A DNA stretch of 61,572 bases, filler included, from Deltaproteobacteria bacterium (GTDB taxonomy: Bacteria > JAEEML01), in NCBI GenBank assembly GCA_016283195.1. It is 4 parts of 4 records of this genome, joined end to end, with 100 filler letters (N's around TTAATTAATTAA, not from the genome) between each part and the next. Parts side by side here need not be neighbours in the genome. Positions count along the whole stretch, not along the records: positions 24,493 to 52,720 come from JAEEML010000045.1; 3 more parts are not named here. The stretch is one strand, 5' to 3'. Positions 29,070 through 38,028 of this stretch are shown one piece after another (positions within the stretch are counted from its first letter, which is position 1; every line of letters starts with the position of its first letter). A program made the position numbers and the translations under genes. The notes under the pieces are model-generated. The model was not told the origin of the DNA. It worked only from the letters and a program-made list of their open reading frames with translations, and ran no database searches.

Positions 29070-30791
29070 ATGCGTATTACCAAGCTGTTAGGAATCTTAA
29101 CTGCCAGCCTGCTCCTTGTTTCCTGTGCCAAAAAAGAGGCCGAAAGGGTGCCGGAAGACGCTTTGCAAGTTAAAACCGCAGATCCAGCTTCCGTTGATAT
29201 ACCAGCCGATGAGCCGGGTGATAAGCCAGGTGATAATGGGCCGTTAGATAACGAGCATACCGATGAACAGTTGGAAATTCCTGATAATTTACCGGATGTT
29301 ATTGAGCCGGATGAAGATGAGCCGGAAGAGCCGGAAGTCGATCCAACTCTCAACATAGATGCTTACACTGAAGAGCCGCCGGCACCGGAGGGCGCTTCGT
29401 GTATTCTTGATTATGGCTTTAGATACGATAACATGACGCTGGAAAACTTGGCTTATATGTTGCCAACGCCGCGTATTATTTGGGATAGCGCCTGGCAAGG
29501 TGAGCCGGAGCCCGTTAATCTTACCCCGGATAGTGACCGGATTGCCTACCCCGAAGAGGAACCGCCGGCTTATTATCTCTTAAAAATGCGCCGCGGTTTT
29601 CATAAAGCGGCTACCAGCCTGATTATGCCGGCTTATACTGATACCTTGCCTCTTTTTGACCGCGCCGCCGCTTGGAATGATGATGAAGAGCGTTGTTATA
29701 TTTATCCGCAGTGGGCTTCTCAGGGGGGCGATAGCTTAACTCAGGATAAAGCCTATGATCTTTATGTGAAAATTGCCGAGCTTACCGTTGGTGTGACTTT
29801 GAACCAAGCGGCCGAGCGGCGTAATGTAATTGGTATTCGCGGTGCTCACCCGGGGCAATTCTTTTACAACGGCGATGGGCCGAACCGCTTTAATGATACC
29901 ATTGTTTTGCTTTGGAAAGATAAGGCCGGTAAAAAGTATGTGCGTGAATTTCCCGTGAATACCAATACCGGTGTGCAAAAAACGCGCAAGAGCGGCCAGG
30001 CTTCCGCCCTAAAAGCCAACCGCCATTATCGCTATAAAAACGGCACGCACAAAGGTTATAATGCTCTGCAAATTAATGAGTACAGTTATAATACCCGCGA
30101 CGATGCCAACAACAACGGCCACATTGATAACGACCGCAACGGCTGGCTCTCGCCGCGTGATAATCCTCAGGATTACGACCGCACCGGTAGCGGCCACAAT
30201 ATTCACTATGGTAAAGCTACAGCTCTTGAGACTTCGCCGGTGAGCAATTGGTCGGCCGGTTGCCAGGTTATCCCCGGTGTGGAAAACTGGACCATGTTTA
30301 TTACCAATGCCTGGACAGGGAGCGGCGCGGCCGTAGATTATTATCTGGTTGATGCCCGCGATATTGATAAGCGCGTTTTTACAGACTGCTCGCCGGATGG
30401 CAGCCATGACTGCCCATTCCCGATAGTTTTTACAAATGGCTCATTTAGTGCCAGCGGTACTTTAAGCGGCAATGCCCCGGATAATGCTTTTGATGCCTAT
30501 AACTGCGCTCCTGATACCAATGAATCCGGCCCGGAAGCTGTCTATTTCTTCACTTGGGACGGTAGCAGCACAGCTAAAAAGGAGCTTACGGTGACTGTCT
30601 CCAGCGCCGACGGCGACCCGGATATCCACCTCTTAAATGCCGATGACGTAAATGATTGTATTACCCGCCATGATAAAACTTTTACGGCGACAATAGACCC
30701 CGGCCGCTATTTTATTATTGTTGATACTTATGTGCGGAGTAGCGGCGAAGTGCGCGAAGGTAGCTACGAACTTACCGTTTCTTTGAAATAA
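29070..30791 (+). CDS. Lipoprotein with YkuD/L,D-transpeptidase-like motif and C-terminal PPC-like domain
   Basis: Lipobox LVSC; acidic linker; GHNIH...NWSAGCQV; C-terminal DPDIHLL...PGRYFIIVD...GSYELTV. Confidence 0.6.
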   Translation: MRITKLLGILTASLLLVSCAKKEAERVPEDALQVKTADPASVDIPADEPGDKPGDNGPLDNEHTDEQLEIPDNLPDVIEPDEDEPEEPEVDPTLNIDAYTEEPPAPEGASCILDYGFRYDNMTLENLAYMLPTPRIIWDSAWQGEPEPVNLTPDSDRIAYPEEEPPAYYLLKMRRGFHKAATSLIMPAYTDTLPLFDRAAAWNDDEERCYIYPQWASQGGDSLTQDKAYDLYVKIAELTVGVTLNQAAERRNVIGIRGAHPGQFFYNGDGPNRFNDTIVLLWKDKAGKKYVREFPVNTNTGVQKTRKSGQASALKANRHYRYKNGTHKGYNALQINEYSYNTRDDANNNGHIDNDRNGWLSPRDNPQDYDRTGSGHNIHYGKATALETSPVSNWSAGCQVIPGVENWTMFITNAWTGSGAAVDYYLVDARDIDKRVFTDCSPDGSHDCPFPIVFTNGSFSASGTLSGNAPDNAFDAYNCAPDTNESGPEAVYFFTWDGSSTAKKELTVTVSSADGDPDIHLLNADDVNDCITRHDKTFTATIDPGRYFIIVDTYVRSSGEVREGSYELTVSLK

Positions 30792-30911
30792 GATTTTTCC
30801 CACAGCAGCCGCTATAATAAAAAGCAAAAACTAAAGAATAAGCAGAATTGTTGCGCAAAAACTAAAAAATAACTATTATACGCGCGGATTTTGTGGGGAG
30901 AGGAGTCCTTT

Positions 30912-32174
30912 ATGGCCGGTCGTCGTCACAAGCAAGATGAGTTACGTTGTTCATTCTGCGGCAAAGAGCAGGCCGAAGTGCGCAAACTGGTGGCCGGCCC
31001 GGAAGTGAGCATTTGCAACGAATGTATTAAAATATGCGTAGATATGCTGGCTGAAGAGTTTGCTCCCCACCCAAAGCAAGATACAGAGCTGCATCTCTTT
31101 TTGCCCCATGAAATAAAGGCCTATCTTGACCAATATGTCATTGGCCAGGAGCAGGCCAAAAAGGTGCTTTCGGTGGCTATTTATAACCATTATAAGCGCC
31201 TTATTTCCCAGGAGTCCGGGTCGGCCGACGATGTAGAAATCACTAAGTCCAATGTGCTGCTCTTGGGTCCTACCGGCACCGGCAAAACCCTTTTGGCCCA
31301 GACTTTGGCCCGCCTTTTAAATGTGCCGTTTACTATTGCCGATGTCACCACGCTAACCGAGGCCGGCTATGTGGGCGAAGATGTAGAAAATATCATTGCC
31401 AATCTGTTGGCAGCGGCCGACGGCGATGTGGAACGCACGAAGCAAGGCATTGTTTATATTGACGAAATTGATAAAATAGCCCGCCGCAGCGGCGACACGC
31501 CGGCCGCCACCCGCGATGTGGGCGGCGAAGGGGTGCAGCAGGGCCTTTTGAAGCTCATTGAAGGCACAGTAGCCATGGTGACCCCGCATGGCAAGCGCGG
31601 CCTCACTCAGGTGGAGACCATCCCCATTGATACGCGCAATATCCTCTTTATTTGCGGTGGTACTTTTCAGGGGCTGGAAGAGGTAATCAGCCGGCGTATA
31701 GGCCAGAAATCACTGGGTTTTGGCGCGAATTTAGAACAAGCGGAAAAGAAGAACAGCGGCGAAATTTTGAGCCATGTGGAAACCGAAGATTTGGTAAAAT
31801 TCGGCATTATTCCCGAGCTCATCGGCCGCTTGCCGGTTATTGCCACTTTGGGTAATCTTAGCGAGCATGATTTGGAGCGCATTCTCACCGAGCCGAAAAA
31901 TGCCCTCACCAAGCAATATGAGGCTCTTTTTGCCATGGAGAATGTAAAGCTTACTTTTACCAAAGCGGCTATTAAAGCTATTGCTAAAAAAGCTATGGGG
32001 CACCCGGCTTCAGCGCGGGCGCTAAGAGCGGTAATTGAAGAATATATGCTGGAAATTATGTATGAAACTCCTTTTGTCCCCGGGCTCAAGGAGTGCCAGA
32101 TTGGCGCTGAAGTTTTTACCAAAAGAGAGCCACCTATCTTGATTTATAATAATCCTAAACGTCAAAGTGCCTGA
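30912..32174 (+). CDS. clpX: ATP-dependent Clp protease ATP-binding subunit ClpX
   Basis: Zn finger CSFC...[37 protein letters not shown] loop. Confidence 0.95.
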   Translation: MAGRRHKQDELRCSFCGKEQAEVRKLVAGPEVSICNECIKICVDMLAEEFAPHPKQDTELHLFLPHEIKAYLDQYVIGQEQAKKVLSVAIYNHYKRLISQESGSADDVEITKSNVLLLGPTGTGKTLLAQTLARLLNVPFTIADVTTLTEAGYVGEDVENIIANLLAAADGDVERTKQGIVYIDEIDKIARRSGDTPAATRDVGGEGVQQGLLKLIEGTVAMVTPHGKRGLTQVETIPIDTRNILFICGGTFQGLEEVISRRIGQKSLGFGANLEQAEKKNSGEILSHVETEDLVKFGIIPELIGRLPVIATLGNLSEHDLERILTEPKNALTKQYEALFAMENVKLTFTKAAIKAIAKKAMGHPASARALRAVIEEYMLEIMYETPFVPGLKECQIGAEVFTKREPPILIYNNPKRQSA

Positions 32175-32185
32175 AAGGAGAAACA

Positions 32186-32974
32186 ATGGATCCCTTTGCC
32201 AAGCCGGATATGTTTTTTAAACGCGTTAATGAGCTTTTTGCCGAAAATACCCCTTTTGCCATAGCTACTGTTATTGAATCCGAGGGCTCCACACCGCGTA
32301 AATCGGGCGCCAAAATGCTTATAAGAGCCGATGGCAGCCACGAAGGCACGGTGGGTGGCGGCATTTTTGAAGACGAAACGGTAAAAGCGGCGCTAAATAG
32401 CCTGAAAACCATGGCTCCCACTATAGTTGGCGTGGATTTAAGCAAAGAGGGCGGCAAGTCGATGTGCGGCGGCGGCATGAAAGCTTATATCGAGCCTTAT
32501 TCGCCTCTGCCCTGGCTCATTATCTTTGGGGCCGGTCATGTGGGGCTGGCTTGCATCAGCGTTTTTCATGCTCTAGGCTTTCGTATTGCCGTAGCTGAGG
32601 AATATGCGCCCGATTTAACGCCGGAAACGCGGCCCATGGTGGATATAGTAGTGCCCACTTTTGATACCGCCAAAATGGAAGAGCTGCCCTTTGGGCCCAA
32701 TAGTTATGTGCTGGTTTGTACGCGCGGCCATGCTCACGACCTCGAGATGGCCACTTTTGCCATAAAGCATGAATTTGCTTATTTAGGCGTTATCGGTAGC
32801 AAGAGTAAATCCAAGTTTATTATGGATAATCTGCGCGCCGCTTCCCCGGATGAGGAGCGCCTAAGTAAAGTATATACGCCTATCGGCCTGCCCATCGGCT
32901 CGCAAACTCCGGCCGAAATAGCTGTGAGCCTGGCGGCGCAGATTATTGCTCTTCAGCATGGAAAAACGCTCTAA
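32186..32974 (+). CDS. xdhC: XdhC/CoxI family molybdoenzyme maturation factor
   Basis: GSTPRKSGAKM, GTVGGG, CGG, FGAGHV, TRGH..D, YLGVIGS, PIGLPIG..TPAEIAVS. Confidence 0.9.
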   Translation: MDPFAKPDMFFKRVNELFAENTPFAIATVIESEGSTPRKSGAKMLIRADGSHEGTVGGGIFEDETVKAALNSLKTMAPTIVGVDLSKEGGKSMCGGGMKAYIEPYSPLPWLIIFGAGHVGLACISVFHALGFRIAVAEEYAPDLTPETRPMVDIVVPTFDTAKMEELPFGPNSYVLVCTRGHAHDLEMATFAIKHEFAYLGVIGSKSKSKFIMDNLRAASPDEERLSKVYTPIGLPIGSQTPAEIAVSLAAQIIALQHGKTL

Positions 32975-33560
32975 ATATAAAGCCTTAGCCATTATTACCA
33001 GCGCCGGCAAAAGTTCGCGCATGGGGCAGCCCAAAGCGCTTTTGCCCTTTGACGAAAACCACACTTTTATTGAGCAGATAGTAGCTACTTACAGTGAGCA
33101 GAATATTGCCACTTTTGTGGTGACCAATGAGCTTCTGGCGCCTGCTTTGGCCCCTTTGGTGGCCGGGGCCGGCGGCTTTTTGGCCCCTTGTGCTAAGCCC
33201 GAGTGGCAGATGATCGATTCGCTGCGCTATGGTCTCTCCTGCCTGCCTGTGGCCAACCTGCCGCTCTTTATTCAGCCGGTGGATATGCCCTTTATCAGCG
33301 CGCCATTACTTAAGGCCATGCTAGAGCTGGTGGCCAAAAAGCCGGAGGCCTTTATTGTGCCGATGACTCCTGCCGGCCCCGGCCACCCGCTGCTTATCCC
33401 GCCGGGCCGCCTTAACTGGCTTAAAAGCCCGGCCACTGCTGGCGGCCTGAAAAAGGCACTTAGTGAGCTCAAAGAGCCGCCGCTCCCCCTGGCCTGGAGT
33501 GATAGCCGCCTGGCGCTTAATATCAATACGCCGGAAGATTATAAAAAATTAGGGCTTTAA
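32958..33560 (+). CDS. MocA/MobA-like NTP transferase
   Basis: SAGKSSRMGQPKALL, PVDMP, GHP, NINTPEDY; overlaps the end of xdhC. Confidence 0.85.
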   Translation: MEKRSKYKALAIITSAGKSSRMGQPKALLPFDENHTFIEQIVATYSEQNIATFVVTNELLAPALAPLVAGAGGFLAPCAKPEWQMIDSLRYGLSCLPVANLPLFIQPVDMPFISAPLLKAMLELVAKKPEAFIVPMTPAGPGHPLLIPPGRLNWLKSPATAGGLKKALSELKEPPLPLAWSDSRLALNINTPEDYKKLGL

Positions 33561-33561
33561 T

Positions 33562-34071
33562 TTACACTCCCAGCACCAATCCGCATTCCGGGCATTCTGC
33601 TCGCGCATCGGCCGGAGTAAAAGAGGTGCCGCAACCGGGGCAGGTAATGGGAGCGTCGCCATCCAGCTTTATTTCTTCATTGGCCGAAGGAGAATGGCAG
33701 CAGCAAGCAATTCCTTCTTTTTCCACACTTTTTTGAAAACGATCATTAAATATCTTTTGTACTCTTTCCAGCTCTTTGGGTTCACAGGCCAAAACACATG
33801 GTTGCTGGCCGTGGCAGTTGCAGCCGCCCTCGGCAGCCTGGATAGTGGTGGGAATATTGTAGCCAGCCAAAAGATCCTGACCTTCGCGGCAAGTGTCAAT
33901 ATAGCCCATGTGAATAACTACTACCTCCTTGCCCATGAGATAGCGATTCATTTCTATGGGGCTGGAACATATATCTGACTGCGGTTTTTCGGCAATTAAA
34001 TCGGCATCGCAGTTTTTACAGTGGGTTATTCCTTCAACAAATTCACCTTTACATATTGGGCAATAGGGCAT
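33562..34071 (-). CDS. Zn-ribbon-containing hypothetical protein
   Basis: CPIC...CKNC at the N-terminus; CPGC...CPECG at the C-terminus. Confidence 0.65.
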   Translation of the reverse strand: MPYCPICKGEFVEGITHCKNCDADLIAEKPQSDICSSPIEMNRYLMGKEVVVIHMGYIDTCREGQDLLAGYNIPTTIQAAEGGCNCHGQQPCVLACEPKELERVQKIFNDRFQKSVEKEGIACCCHSPSANEEIKLDGDAPITCPGCGTSFTPADARAECPECGLVLGV

Positions 34072-34391
34072 CTTTTCCTCCGTGGCGCCTTAAACAGCGT
34101 TGGCTACTTATATACCAATAAGACTCTCCGGCAAAGACTAAAAGGTTAGAATAGGTTTAGAACTCTCTGGTAAAAGCCATTTGATTTAGGGCTCTCAAAA
34201 CAAGAACAAACTGGGGGCTCAAGAATTAATGGGGGGCAAAAATGAATGGGCTTGTTATTTCTCAATAAATAAGTTATTATTTCCGCATCACTTGGGCCAG
34301 AGGGCCGCTTTTTAAGGGGGCGCATGAAGATGCAGTATTTTCTAGTGCGCTACGTTAAAGCTTAAAAAGCAGAGGGGCGGCGCGCATTATA

Positions 34392-34583
34392 ATGGATAGT
34401 CAGCTAAACATAAGCTATTTACCTGTTCATTTTTACTTGCGCTTTGCCGCTCCGGTGCGCGCCGATGTACCGCCCCTTTTTGTCTTGCGCAGCGTGCTGG
34501 GCAAGGAGCTTAGATCCATGTGCTGCCTGGCTCCCACTGCCAGTTGTCAAGAGTGCATGTATATTTGTATCATTTGGGCATAA
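34392..34583 (+). pseudogene. cas6: Truncated N-terminus of CRISPR Cas6 endoribonuclease
   Basis: ISYLPVHFYLRF...PPLFVLRSVLGKELRSMCC.....CQECMY resembles the N-terminus of Cys-rich Cas6; it breaks into AT-rich DNA at about 34560. Confidence 0.6.
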
Positions 34584-34602
34584 AAACGGAATAAAAGGTT
34601 TA

Positions 34603-35242
34603 ATGATGTATTGTGTTTTTTATAGATATTTTACTATAGAGCCAGATTATGAAGAAGGTAGTTGTTTACCACCTGAAATTAAAGAACTATTACATGGCGA
34701 TGAACAGCTTAAAAAAATATATGGTTGTATAGAATCAATTTATACAAACACCTCTGTAAGTCGTGTTATTAGACATTATGTGGATACCGTGCCTGTTGTC
34801 TCCTAGCCTTTCTTGCTTTCCGTTTTTTGAAACAAAGACCTTGTTGGCAAACAATAATAGTAATTTTGCTTATATCTTAGATAGTAAAATACCTGTAGAA
34901 TTTGTGGAAAAATTAAATACATCTAGTTGTTTTTATGATATTGCTAAGTCTATAGACAAACATTTAACAGTGCATATTAAAAGCATTATTAAAGAGTATG
35001 ACTTTAATGATGAAAGCTATCCAGACAGTTCTGGTTTAAATGGAATTGTTAATCAAGAATATACCAACTTGTTGCAGCTTTGGCAACTATGCCATCAAGC
35101 AGAAAAAGAGATGTTAAATATTTGCCCTGCTTTAGTTTTTTCACAAACAGCTTCCCATAAGATGAGAATGATAATTGAGCAAATTCATCGGTATGTTTCT
35201 TTCTATAACAAGAAAGAAGTGCCATATCAAGTGATTGCATAA
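34603..35242 (+). pseudogene. AT-rich hypothetical gene, probably frameshifted
   Basis: Two overlapping same-strand ORFs (34603-34806 and 34763-35242) with the same AT-rich codon style. Confidence 0.4.
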
Positions 35243-35665
35243 AAAAACCTGCATTAAATATTTTTCTTTGCTATCCTAGCTAAGGACTTAGGTTATGACC
35301 AAAAGAAGGTATACTTTGAAAGACAAAAAGATTTACAGTTTGCAAAACTTGGTGAATCAGCTCGGTGCTATGCCGATTACCAAACCGAATCTTATGATGT
35401 GGATTAATTCAATTCCGATTGTCCCCATTGAAGAAATGCCACATGCACCTCTGCTATTGTATGGCGATTTCCAATACATACTCTTATAATTGTGAGCTGA
35501 AAAACCCTCATTTAGGTCTGAACGCTTTGAACTGTGATCTCTCCCGCTAACACTGAAAACTACTACCTTTCGCCCCTCCATCAAAGAGAGATGGGCTCCG
35601 TTTAATTGTCTACTTGGAAGGGGACTGGTTACTATTTAATATCTCCTTCCACCAGCCGCCCAAAC

Positions 35666-35693
35666 CTGCTATACTGCGCCGCCGGAGGAAGTC
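35666..35693 (+). promoter_or_regulatory. Extended -10 promoter and RBS shared by both AAA paralogs
   Basis: CTGCTATACTGCGCCGCCGG(G)AGGAAGTC-ATG occurs here and at 45060-45088. Confidence 0.6.
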
Positions 35694-37244
35694 ATGAGTA
35701 AGCGTATGTTCCCCATCGGTATGCAAACATTTAGTGATATTCGCGCGCGAGGTGCTATTTACATAGACAAGTCTGCGCTCATTTACAAGCTGGTAACCGA
35801 GGGCAAAGTCTATTTCCTCTCCCGGCCGCGCCGTTTCGGTAAAAGCCTTTTAATTTCCACCCTTGAAGCCTATTTTAAAGGGCAAAAAGAGCTTTTTAGC
35901 GGGCTTGCCATAGAAAAGCTGGAAAATGAGTGGATAAAATACCCGGTTTTTCGCTTTGATTTTAGTTACAAAAAATCGGCAACACCGGAGGGCCTTTCCA
36001 ATTTAATGGACAATTTGCTCTCCGAATATGAGGCTCGCTATACTGTTCCCAAGGCTCCGGTGAATGATTATGCCCTAAGGCTAAAAAATCTCATCACTAC
36101 TGCCCACGAACAAACAGGGCAACAAGTGGTGATTTTGATTGATGAATATGATGCGCCGCTTTTGGATACCATGGCCGATGCGGCCACCTTTAAAACGCTG
36201 CGCACCATGATGCGCGATTTTTACAGCCCCTTAAAAGCTGCCGATGCCCACCTAAAATTTATTTTTTTATCCGGCATTACCAAGTTCAGCCAGCTCAGTA
36301 TTTTTAGCGAGCTCAATAATCTTAAAAATATCAGCATGAAAGATGAATATGCTGCTCTTTGCGGCATCACCAAAGAGGAGCTAAAAACGGCCTTGCAACC
36401 GGAAGTGGCAGAAATGGCCGCCAAGTTGCAAATTAGTTCTGAAGAGACTTATGAGCTGCTCAAAAATATGTATGACGGCTACCACTTTAGCAAAAATTCG
36501 CCGGATATTTTTAACCCCTTTAGCCTCTTAAATGCTTTGCAGGATAAAGATCTTAATCATTATTGGTATTCCACCGGCACGCCAACGCATCTCACCGAAA
36601 TGGTTAGTAAATACACCCTGCGCCCCGAAGATTTGGAGGGCTTTTTGGCTGGGGAGATGGATTTTAATGTGCCCTTTGAAGGGGCTGAAACACCCATCCC
36701 GGCGCTTTACCAAAGCGGCTATTTAACTATAAAAAAATTCGATGGTTATGATTACATTCTGGGCTTTCCTAACGAAGAGGTTAGAGTGAGCTTTTTAAAG
36801 GGGCTCATGCCATATTATACCAAGAAGACAGCCAGCGAGAATAACTCTGTAATTCAGCGGAGTTTGCGCTTTTTGAGAAATCACGATATTGATAGTGCGC
36901 TCACTCTTTTGCGCTCATTTTTCAGCTCCATACCCTATAATGCCGAGCGCCAGGACGAAGCGCACTATAAAACCATTTTTTATCTTATTTTTACTTTAGC
37001 GAGCGAATACAGCGTGCGCACCGAAGAATGTACTGCCGCCGGCCGATCCGATGCCCTCATCGAGACAGAAGACACCATTTATCTCTTTGAATTTAAACTA
37101 TCCGGCACAGCCGAAGAGGCGCTTAAGCAGATAGATGACAAAGGTTATGCCATAAAATATGCGGCTGGGGAGAAAAAAGTGGTTAAAATCGGCGTTAATT
37201 TTGATAAAGAGAAGCGCACTATCGAGCGCTGGGTAATTGGCTAA
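35694..37244 (+). CDS. AAA-ATPase_like plus PD-(D/E)XK nuclease (PF09820/PF08011-type), copy 1
   Basis: PIG.QTF, SRPRRFGKSL, LIDEYDAP, YDGYHF, GRSD...EFK...EALKQI..KGY. Confidence 0.92.
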   Translation: MSKRMFPIGMQTFSDIRARGAIYIDKSALIYKLVTEGKVYFLSRPRRFGKSLLISTLEAYFKGQKELFSGLAIEKLENEWIKYPVFRFDFSYKKSATPEGLSNLMDNLLSEYEARYTVPKAPVNDYALRLKNLITTAHEQTGQQVVILIDEYDAPLLDTMADAATFKTLRTMMRDFYSPLKAADAHLKFIFLSGITKFSQLSIFSELNNLKNISMKDEYAALCGITKEELKTALQPEVAEMAAKLQISSEETYELLKNMYDGYHFSKNSPDIFNPFSLLNALQDKDLNHYWYSTGTPTHLTEMVSKYTLRPEDLEGFLAGEMDFNVPFEGAETPIPALYQSGYLTIKKFDGYDYILGFPNEEVRVSFLKGLMPYYTKKTASENNSVIQRSLRFLRNHDIDSALTLLRSFFSSIPYNAERQDEAHYKTIFYLIFTLASEYSVRTEECTAAGRSDALIETEDTIYLFEFKLSGTAEEALKQIDDKGYAIKYAAGEKKVVKIGVNFDKEKRTIERWVIG

Positions 37245-37334
37245 AATTTTCCCAAAAATCACCTACTATTTCTCACAGATAGGGCGCTAGAACCTACTAA
37301 AACGCAAGAGTTTTGCTGGCCATGAAGGGTGGGG
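36891..37334 (+). repeat. 444-bp near-identical direct repeat, copy A
   Basis: Matches 46283-46726 at offset 9392, including about 90 bp past the stop codon. Confidence 0.92.
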
Positions 37335-37399
37335 CAGTAGTTTTATATAACTATAGGCTGTAGCAGGTGGTGCACGCTCACAGGCATGAAAAAGAAAGA

Positions 37400-37906
37400 T
37401 TATTCAGCCTTTTGAAGTGCCTCTCTATAAATCCCCGCCATATCGTTACCAAAGCAGCAAAAAATAACCTTTTTCACCTTTTGGGCCGGATACTCGCGGA
37501 CTTCCCGCACGGCAATAGCGGCGGCCTCCGCCCAGGGATAGCCGTAAACGCCGGTGGAAATCGCTGGGAAGGCGATAGAAGCGCAATTATTTTCCTCAGC
37601 TAGTTTAAGGCAATTTTGGTAGCAGGAGGCCAAAAGAGTCGGTTCTCCATGCCGGCCGTCACGATATACCGGCCCCGGAGTGTGAATGACAAACATGGCC
37701 GGGAGCCTAAAGCCCGGGGTGATTTTGGCCCCACCGGTCGCGCAGCCATTTAATGGAATGCAGGCTTGTAAAAGCTCCGGGCCGGCGGCACGATGAATGG
37801 CGCCATCGACTCCACCGCCGCCCAGTAGCGAGCAATTGGCGGCGTTTACGATGGCATCGACTTTTAGAGTGGTTATGTCGCCTTCGAGAACTTCGATGTC
37901 CAGCAT
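37400..37906 (-). CDS. Macrodomain O-acetyl-ADP-ribose deacetylase (YmdB-like)
   Basis: [49 protein letters not shown]. Start placed after the AGGAG RBS. Confidence 0.93.
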   Translation of the reverse strand: MLDIEVLEGDITTLKVDAIVNAANCSLLGGGGVDGAIHRAAGPELLQACIPLNGCATGGAKITPGFRLPAMFVIHTPGPVYRDGRHGEPTLLASCYQNCLKLAEENNCASIAFPAISTGVYGYPWAEAAAIAVREVREYPAQKVKKVIFCCFGNDMAGIYREALQKAE

Positions 37907-38028
37907 GGTAAACTCCTGAAGGTTATTAGTCATGGCACCGCGGGGAGTATAGCAGGGGAAGGAAAGTGGGGGAAGGGGTGTTTTGAGTCGGCTGCAATTT
38001 GGAACAAGCAAGGGTAATGCATGGGAAG

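Noticed and set aside
34072-34391. CRISPR leader or array upstream of the cas6 fragment
   Set aside because: No repeated 25-40 bp unit was found.
35560-35660. Possible tRNA/tmRNA 3' fragment acting as an att site (CCCCTCCATCA, CCTTCCACCA)
   Set aside because: No T-arm GTTCRA, no cloverleaf, no partner repeat and no integrase.
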